A stretch of DNA of 12,218 nucleotides from Candidatus Xenobia bacterium. GTDB taxonomy: Bacteria > Vulcanimicrobiota > Xenobia > Xenobiales > QWHO01. The notes under the pieces are model-generated. The model did no database searches. It was not told the DNA's origin and saw nothing but the letters and a program-made list of their open reading frames with translations. How positions within the stretch are numbered: the first letter of the stretch is position 1; each line of letters starts with the position of its first letter. The position numbers were made by a program, and so were the translations under genes. The DNA lies in assembly GCA_045863235.1 (NCBI GenBank), contig BTUM01000137.1, forward strand, positions 1 through 12,218. Reading direction: 5' to 3'. Below, piece by piece: positions 6,386 through 12,218 of the stretch.

Positions 6386-8284
6386 TCACTCCCTCGCAGC
6401 AGGTTGGGGAATGTTCAATCCCCGACGACGCACACTAAAGAGCTCTACCCGCTCGGTCTTTCCCTTGAACTCCTGCAGCCCCATGGAGGTCCACTCCAGG
6501 CCGGGCAGGAGCTTCTCGGCCGCTTCCTTGGTGGCTTTGCTGACCAGGATGTCGGCCCCCAGCTTCTTGGTGGTGGCTTCGATGCGGGCGGCCAGATTGA
6601 CCACGTCCCCCACCGCCGCATACTCCGAGCGCAGCTCGGAACCGACGTAGCCCATGACGACCTGCCCTGTGTGAATGCCGATCTTGACGTCGTAGAAGCC
6701 ATCTTTCCCGCCCGCCTGAGCGCTCAGCTCGGCCAGCCGCTCGCGCATCAACAGGCCGGTCTCCACCGCTCGAGCGGCATGATCGTGCATCTGGCCGGGG
6801 GCTCCGAAGATGACCATGATCTCATCGCCGACGAACTGCTTGAGCGTGCCCTTCTGGGCCCTGATGATCCGCACCATTTCCCCGAAATAGTCGTTGAGCA
6901 TCTGGATCACTTCGACCGGAGCGTGCCCCTCGCACATGGGCGTGAAGTTGTTGATGTCCGAAAAGAAGATGGTCACTTCCTGGCGGACCCCCCCGAAAGC
7001 CGCGAAGTCGGGGTGACGCAGAACTTCGCCCATCACCTGAGGGTCGACCATGCGTCCGAACAGCTCTTTGACCAGCCGGTTGTACTGATTGACGGCCAGG
7101 TAACGGACCAGATATCCACCCGACAGCCCCAGCAAGCCCCCGATGGCCGGCACGGCGATGGGAAGCCAGAGTCCCAAGCGAGTAAAGAGCTCCTCTGCTG
7201 TCAGCAAGTATGAAAACCCCAGGCCCAGGAAGCTGAGCACCGCGATGCGAGTTGAAAAGCTGGCAGCCAGCAGACCGACCACCAGGACGCCGAGAAACGC
7301 CAGTCCGGCTGCCATGGCTGCGGGCAGGGGTCGGATATAGCGCTGCGTCAGCACGGTGTTGGCGGCGGCTGCGTGCAACTCGATGCCCAGATGCTGCTGG
7401 TCCTTGAGCAGAAAGGCAGTGGGACGATAATCCTGCATACTGGGAGCGGCCGGCCCGATGAAGACCATCTTGTCTTTGAACTCGCTGAGCGGCTCGCCTT
7501 TGCGAACTCGCTCGATGAGGCCGGCCATCGAGACCGAGGGAATCGTGCCCGGGGGGCCCGGCACGTTGAAGCGCAGGGTCGGCCCCGGCAACTCGGTGAC
7601 GACCCGGCGATCATCGAAGAAAACCTGATCCCCGTTGAGCTTGAAACTCTTCCCGGTGCCCAGCTCGAGCATGCGAGCAAAGAAAACCATGACCTGGCCC
7701 TCCTGGAAGACCAGAGGGAAACGACGATAAAGGCCATCGTTGTCACGAATCACGTTGGCAATCGCCTCGAGCGCCTCCGCGCTGGCTGCCGCCACAATGG
7801 CCTGCGAGGAGTGGGCCGAGAGATCCGTGAGTTTGTCGCCAGCCAGCTGGATGATCACGAGCTGGTGATTGAAAATCACCTCTGCCATATCGTTCTCAGC
7901 CCGCTCCACCAGCGGCTGAAGCTCAGGAACCTGGCCGGCACTGAAACTCACGATCACGTCCAGGCCCACGGAAGCCGCTCCAGCTTGCTTCAAGGCGGCC
8001 ACAAGTTGCGCGTAGTCGGTCCCCCAGAGCACGGTCGGCTTGCCAACAGCCTCAAAGGTCGCTTCATCAATCGCAACGATGACCACCCGGGGGTCGACCG
8101 GCTCGGGTCCATGGAGGGCGTGACGGGTCACAAACAGATAATCGAGACAGCGAAGCTCGAGGTCACTCAGGGGATTGTGCTGGTAGTGGCTCCACCAGCT
8201 CAGACAAGCCAGCAATACCGCCAGAGGCAGCACGACCTTTGCCAGGAGACTCAGGCGCGAGGTGCTCTGGGGCAGGACACTCAT
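6386..8284 (-). CDS. CHASE2-domain membrane-bound class III adenylate/guanylate cyclase (632 aa)
   Basis: ATG at 8282-8284 after purine-rich GGGGAAGAAAAGG is preferred over the ORF-track start at 8464, which overlaps the divergent gene. N-terminal TM. CHASE2 motifs LE..LD..F..R, DPRVVIVAIDE, GAASVGLDV, D.DGLYRRFPL, FKDKMVFIG, GIELHA. Three TM helices. Cyclase motifs VTIFFSDINNFT, FVGDEIM.IFGAP, KIGIHTG, GDVVNLAARIE, FKGK. Confidence 0.93.
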   Translation of the reverse strand: MSVLPQSTSRLSLLAKVVLPLAVLLACLSWWSHYQHNPLSDLELRCLDYLFVTRHALHGPEPVDPRVVIVAIDEATFEAVGKPTVLWGTDYAQLVAALKQAGAASVGLDVIVSFSAGQVPELQPLVERAENDMAEVIFNHQLVIIQLAGDKLTDLSAHSSQAIVAAASAEALEAIANVIRDNDGLYRRFPLVFQEGQVMVFFARMLELGTGKSFKLNGDQVFFDDRRVVTELPGPTLRFNVPGPPGTIPSVSMAGLIERVRKGEPLSEFKDKMVFIGPAAPSMQDYRPTAFLLKDQQHLGIELHAAAANTVLTQRYIRPLPAAMAAGLAFLGVLVVGLLAASFSTRIAVLSFLGLGFSYLLTAEELFTRLGLWLPIAVPAIGGLLGLSGGYLVRYLAVNQYNRLVKELFGRMVDPQVMGEVLRHPDFAAFGGVRQEVTIFFSDINNFTPMCEGHAPVEVIQMLNDYFGEMVRIIRAQKGTLKQFVGDEIMVIFGAPGQMHDHAARAVETGLLMRERLAELSAQAGGKDGFYDVKIGIHTGQVVMGYVGSELRSEYAAVGDVVNLAARIEATTKKLGADILVSKATKEAAEKLLPGLEWTSMGLQEFKGKTERVELFSVRRRGLNIPQPAARE

Positions 8285-8381
8285 CTGAGTGCCTTTTCTT
8301 CCCCGCGCGGGCAGACCTTCCCGCAGGAACTCGAGGGGCGATGACATACCTGAGAATGAGAACATCCGAAGGCAGGCAATC
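8285..8381. promoter_or_regulatory. 97-bp divergent intergenic region, presumed to hold promoters for the cyclase and the secreted-protein genes
   Basis: Inferred only from the head-to-head gene geometry. No clear -35/-10 consensus was identified. Confidence 0.35.
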
Positions 8382-9338
8382 ATGAAAACGTTGGGAACGG
8401 TCCTACTGCTCGCGCTTCTGGTCGGAGCAAACTTGCTGGCGGCCGAGCAACCGGTGGCCCTCATCCTGCGTCACAGCGGAGGAGTCAAGGTGGACGGGGC
8501 TCCGGTCCGTGGCGTCTTGCGCGTGGCGCCGGGCATCAAGCTGGAGATACCGGCTGGAGCGACCGCCTCGGTCGTCTTCTTCGCCGACAATCACCGGGAG
8601 GACATCACGGGCCCCTGCCGCCCCGTCATTCAGGCCAGCGGAAGCCAGGGAGTTCCCGCTTCCCAGCTCACTCGCACGAACAGCCGGGGCAAACTGGCGC
8701 TGGATCGCTCCATGGGCAACACCCAGTCGATGGCTGGAATCGCCCAGCGCGCCGGGGAGCTGTCGGTCGGACTCTGGCTTCGGGCCGACGGCAGCCCGGT
8801 TGTGACCTGGAAGCCCAAGACCGGCACCGCCCTCGGGGGTGGACCGTTCCGAGTCGAGGTCACGGCACTCGAGGATGACATGGTCGGACCCGCCCCCAGG
8901 CCCCTGATCGAAGTGGCCGACATCGCGGCCAGCCAGATTGACCTGGGACCTTATATGTCCTCCCTGACCCCTGGAGAGGTCTACCAGCTCAAAGTTCTCC
9001 ACCAGGGCGGGGCCCTGGGCGGAGAGACGTCGCTGATTCGGATCAGCCCCCAGAAGCTGGCCGAATGGGATCAGCTGGAAGCGGCCGCCGTGGAAGACTC
9101 CTCACAACTCGGGCCGGATCCCCTGGTCGTGTTGACCGACTACTTTGCCGCCGAGGCCAACGTGGAGCGGGCCATCCGGCTGGCTGAGAAAGCGGTCGAG
9201 CTGACCCGCAGCCAGGGGAAGCTGAACCCCGCCTACGCCAGTCTCTACGAGGAGCTCCTGATCCTCTACGATCGGGCCGGCGAAATCCCGAAAGCCGAGC
9301 AGCTGAGAACCTCGATGAAGGCCTGCGGCCTTCCGTGA
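8382..9338 (+). CDS. Secreted/periplasmic hypothetical protein (318 aa) with beta-rich N-terminal and middle regions and a TPR-like helical C-terminus
   Basis: ATG at 8382 after GAAGGCAGG. Sec-type signal MKTLGTVLLLALLVGANLLA. VALILRHSGGVKVDG..GATASVVF is loosely FecR-like, PVVTWKP..FRVEV..PGEVYQLKV is FN3/DUF928-like, and LTDYFAAE..VERAIRLAEKAVEL..LYDRAGEIPKAEQL is TPR-like. Confidence 0.8.
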   Translation: MKTLGTVLLLALLVGANLLAAEQPVALILRHSGGVKVDGAPVRGVLRVAPGIKLEIPAGATASVVFFADNHREDITGPCRPVIQASGSQGVPASQLTRTNSRGKLALDRSMGNTQSMAGIAQRAGELSVGLWLRADGSPVVTWKPKTGTALGGGPFRVEVTALEDDMVGPAPRPLIEVADIAASQIDLGPYMSSLTPGEVYQLKVLHQGGALGGETSLIRISPQKLAEWDQLEAAAVEDSSQLGPDPLVVLTDYFAAEANVERAIRLAEKAVELTRSQGKLNPAYASLYEELLILYDRAGEIPKAEQLRTSMKACGLP

Positions 9339-9351
9339 GGAAATTCTCCGG

Positions 9352-9720
9352 ATGAACCGATGGACCGTTGCGGCCGCTCTTCTGATCAGCCTGCTCCTCC
9401 CGGCCCGTGCCCAGGAGGCGCCTCCCTGGGCGCAGGAGGCCGTGGAGACCTTGAAGGAGCAAGGCATCATGCGAGGATACCCCGATGGCTCGGTGAACGG
9501 AGCCCGTGGGATCACTCGTTACGAGCTTGTCGAGCTGCTCGACCGGGTCGATCAGCTCGACCAGAGCCTGCACGCCCAGGCCGCCAGCAATCAATCGTTG
9601 CAAGAGCTTCAGCAATCTCTGGATCAGGCCCGCCAGTCTCTCGACGCACTTGGTGGAAACCCGCTCGATAGCCGGGTCGAGCACCTCCAGTTGCGCCTGG
9701 AGGAGCTGGGCCGTCCCTGA
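9352..9720 (+). CDS. S-layer homology (SLH) domain + coiled-coil secreted protein (122 aa)
   Basis: GAGG RBS at 9337-9340. Signal peptide ending ARA-QE. SLH signature WAQEAVETLKEQGIMRGYPDGSVNGARGITRYELVELLDR. Leu/Gln heptad repeats run to the stop. Confidence 0.9.
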   Translation: MNRWTVAAALLISLLLPARAQEAPPWAQEAVETLKEQGIMRGYPDGSVNGARGITRYELVELLDRVDQLDQSLHAQAASNQSLQELQQSLDQARQSLDALGGNPLDSRVEHLQLRLEELGRP

Positions 9721-9939
9721 CAGGGGGAGAATCTTCAACCTGAGGCGCTTCAGGAATTGACGCGGCGCTGTCCATTCGATTGTCTCAGTTGCCGCGCGTT
9801 CCAGGTCGACGCGCGGGACTTTTGGAAGACTCCCAGCCTGCGATGAATTGTCGACCGCTCCTGTTGTCGCTGGAATTCTCGCGAACTTCTTGCCGGTTGG
9901 AAGGAATGAATCCCCGCCGTTCTTGAAAGGTTTACCCGT

Positions 9940-12218
9940 ATGCCAGAGACCCTGGAGCTGCTGAATCAGGCCACCCGCCTGGAGGGGGAGGGCAAGGTCG
10001 AAGAGGCCATGGAGGCCTATAATCAGGCTGTAGAGCACCAGCCCGACAACGGGCTGGCTTTCTTGTTTCGCGGTTGCCTCTTCACGCGAGAGCACAACTA
10101 TGCCAGAGCTCTGGAAGACTTTTCCCGTGCCCTGGAGCTCAAGCCGGACCTGCGACGCCTTCGCGACGGCGAGGTGGCCCGGCGGGTCGAGTCGGCGCTG
10201 CACATTTTTGCCTGGGAGACGTCGGTCGATCAAGACGATCCCGATAGCCACGTCCATCTAGCTCGCGCCCACGGCCTTTTTGGTCGCTACCCAGAGGCAA
10301 TGCAGGCCATCGGCAATGCGCTCCGACTCAGGCCAAACCACGAGCCCGCCCACGAGCTGGCCGTCAAAGTGGGACTCGAAGGCGGGCTCTTCCCGGAAGC
10401 GATGCGCAGTTTACAGCAGCTGCTTCAAGCCCGGCCCAACGACCCGGAGCTCTATTACCTTCTCTCGCAGGCTCAGGACCGCACCGGCTCGACGGCCCTG
10501 GCCCTGCGAAGTATCGAGCGGGCCTGTCAGCTGGCCCCTCGCGAGCCGCGCTACCTGGTGGGCTGGGGGGACATTCTGCAGCGCCAGGGCCGCTTCGACA
10601 TGGCCAGCGAGCGCTTTGAGGGCGCCCTTCGACTCAAACCAGACAACGCCGACGCTTTACTCGGGCTAGCCCGCTGCACCCGCGAGCTCTATCGTTACGA
10701 TCTGGCCGTGGACTATTACCAGAAGGCGGTGGCGGCCTCGGGCTCCAACATCCAGCCCCAGGTTGAGCTGGCCAATCTCTTCTTGCAACTCGGCGACCCC
10801 AAACAAGCCATTGACACACTCAATATCGCTCTCTCTCGAGCCAGCGACGATGTCGAGGTCACTCTGGCACTGGCCCGCGCCTACCAGCAGATCAACGACC
10901 TGGGCAATGCCCTGCGGGCTTATTCTCGGGCCGTTCAGCTCGATCCACGCAATCCGGAGGGATTCTTTCAACTTGGACAGCTGCAGCTTCGGATGAACCA
11001 GTTCGAGCAGGCTGCTACCTCTTTCCGCTACGGCTGGGACATGGCCAAAACCGACCCGCGCTTTCCCCTGGCCCTGTCCTCTTGCATGCAGCGTGCTGGT
11101 CGGCTGGAGGAGGCCTCCCGTGTGCTGATCGAGGCCGGCCCGCTTTTCCCTCATCATTTCGAGCTGCAATCGCAACTCGGGTTCATGTACCTCCATCGCG
11201 GCTCCCTGGAGGATGCCGGGCGCGCTTTCACAGCCGCGCTGCGGGTCGGCTCGGACCGGGTTGAGGGGCATTTCGGCCTGGGCAAAGTTCTGCTGCTGCA
11301 GAATCGGCTGGATGAGGCCGGTGCCAGCTTTCAGACCGCCCTTCGAATCCAGCCCAAGCATCCCGACTCTCTGCTGGCCTTGAGCCAGTTGCATCGCGCC
11401 CGCTCGGAGTTCGACCTGGCGCAAGAGTATCTCGACCGGGTCACCGAGCTCTTTCCCAACTCGTTCCCGCTGCTCGAAGAGCTCGGTCACCTCTCACTTG
11501 CGCGGGGAAACCTGCGAGGAGCCGTGGCCATGGCTCAGCGTCTGCTTCAGAGCGGGGAAAGCCCGGCCCGTATTCTGAAGGCCTACCAGACTTGGGCGCG
11601 CGAGCTTGGTCAGCGCAAGGAGCTGGAAGCGCTGAAGGCGCTGGTGGGAGCCTTTACCACCAGGTTCCCTGCCACACCCGAAGCCCAGGAGCTGGCCGTG
11701 GTGGCCGCTGCAGCCGCCAGTGGCGCTCCGCCGAGACCTGCATCCCCGGTGACACTGGGTCCTCCCGACTCGGGCGAACCCGGCTCGCTTGGCCCCCCCG
11801 CGAGCGCCGAGGCCTGGGGTCCTCCCACGGAGGCTGCCGCAGCCCCAACTGGCGCGCCTCAGCCTGTTCCAGCTCAGTCAGCTCAACCTGCTCCAGCGAT
11901 CGTCGGCGCGGTGACAGACAACGGGAGTGCCACGACTGCTGGCGCCTTTGGCTTCGAGGGTCAGGTGGAAGCGAGCGCCGCTCCTCCTGATAACGCACTG
12001 GCATTCGAGCCACCCCCTGAGAACACTTTCGAAGCCCTGCCTCCCACCGACACGGGCTTTGGTTTCGAGACCCCACCGGCTCAGGAGAGCGGCTTTGGTT
12101 TCGAAGTTGCCCCCTCGAATCAAGAGGGCGCCTTCGAGATCTCCGCCCCACCCGCTGAAGAGAGCGGCTTTGGCTTCGAAACCGCCCCGCCGGCTCAGGA
12201 GGGAGGCTTTGGCTTCGA
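9940..12218 (+). CDS. Multi-TPR protein with low-complexity acidic tail, truncated by the window end (at least 759 aa)
   Basis: Translated by hand in frame 1. In-frame TGA at 9907, GAAAGG at 9925-9930, ATG at 9940, no stop to 12218. MPETLELLNQATRLEGEGKVEEAMEAYNQAVEHQPDNGLAFLFRG..YARALEDFSRALELKPD..; about 15 TPR-like units (e.g. ALRAYSRAVQLDPRNPEGFFQLG) to about 11690, then an Ala/Pro/Glu-rich tail. Confidence 0.92.
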   Translation, partial: MPETLELLNQATRLEGEGKVEEAMEAYNQAVEHQPDNGLAFLFRGCLFTREHNYARALEDFSRALELKPDLRRLRDGEVARRVESALHIFAWETSVDQDDPDSHVHLARAHGLFGRYPEAMQAIGNALRLRPNHEPAHELAVKVGLEGGLFPEAMRSLQQLLQARPNDPELYYLLSQAQDRTGSTALALRSIERACQLAPREPRYLVGWGDILQRQGRFDMASERFEGALRLKPDNADALLGLARCTRELYRYDLAVDYYQKAVAASGSNIQPQVELANLFLQLGDPKQAIDTLNIALSRASDDVEVTLALARAYQQINDLGNALRAYSRAVQLDPRNPEGFFQLGQLQLRMNQFEQAATSFRYGWDMAKTDPRFPLALSSCMQRAGRLEEASRVLIEAGPLFPHHFELQSQLGFMYLHRGSLEDAGRAFTAALRVGSDRVEGHFGLGKVLLLQNRLDEAGASFQTALRIQPKHPDSLLALSQLHRARSEFDLAQEYLDRVTELFPNSFPLLEELGHLSLARGNLRGAVAMAQRLLQSGESPARILKAYQTWARELGQRKELEALKALVGAFTTRFPATPEAQELAVVAAAAASGAPPRPASPVTLGPPDSGEPGSLGPPASAEAWGPPTEAAAAPTGAPQPVPAQSAQPAPAIVGAVTDNGSATTAGAFGFEGQVEASAAPPDNALAFEPPPENTFEALPPTDTGFGFETPPAQESGFGFEVAPSNQEGAFEISAPPAEESGFGFETAPPAQEGGFGF
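11941..12218 (+). repeat. Intragenic 36-39-bp (12-13-aa) repeats with a GFGFE core
   Basis: GGCTTTGG(T/C)TTCGA at 12055, 12091, 12166, 12205, a GAFE variant at 12127 and GAFGFE at 11941. The array continues off the window. Confidence 0.88.

Noticed and set aside
597..8284. Calling the pair an active CBASS/Pycsar/Hhe anti-phage system
   Set aside because: The cyclase is a CHASE2 membrane receptor, no cNMP-binding or SAVED/STING effector is present, and the helicase and nuclease catalytic residues are lost.
6227..8344. Plus-strand ORFs 6227-7213 and 7373-8344
   Set aside because: Antisense to the clearly recognisable CHASE2 cyclase.
8285..8464. ORF-track starts at 8464 (cyclase) and 8289 (secreted protein)
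   Set aside because: They would make the divergent genes overlap. Downstream ATGs (8284, 8382) have RBS-like sequence and place the TM/signal peptide near the N-terminus.
9721..9939. Riboswitch, terminator or sigma70 promoter in the 219-bp intergenic region
   Set aside because: Only a weak 6-bp hairpin (9739-9754) without a U-tract and a TTGACG with no properly spaced -10. No c-di-GMP or other riboswitch consensus was recognised.
9043..12151. ORFs 9043-10257(-), 10280-10669(+), 10666-11490(-), 11592-11990(+), 11654-12151(-) and similar
   Set aside because: Antisense or off-frame shadows of the secreted, SLH and TPR genes.

Overview
GC-rich bacterial chromosomal window with five well-supported genes and no rRNA, tRNA, CRISPR or mobile element. 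Minus strand: (1) a CHASE2/3TM class III nucleotide cyclase (6386-8284). Its metal-binding Asp pair and transition-state Asn/Arg are intact, but the two base-specifying positions read Gln/Ala rather than Lys/Thr(Asp). (2) 107 bp downstream, a 1893-aa protein (597-6278) built from an UPF1/DNA2-like SF1 helicase plus an MTES_1575/Vsr-like nuclease. It keeps Walker A but has lost the other catalytic motifs, and is joined through a ~540-aa Pro-rich repeat linker to two C-terminal PilZ domains. Plus strand, divergent: (3) a secreted ~318-aa protein, (4) a 122-aa signal peptide + SLH + coiled-coil protein with no beta-barrel, and (5) a long TPR protein (9940 to beyond the window end, absent from the ORF track) ending in acidic GFGFE repeats. 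Bases 1-596 have no convincing gene. The best candidate for a new system is the apparently inactivated helicase-nuclease/PilZ fusion next to the non-canonical receptor cyclase. All domain calls come from motif recognition by eye, not database searches.
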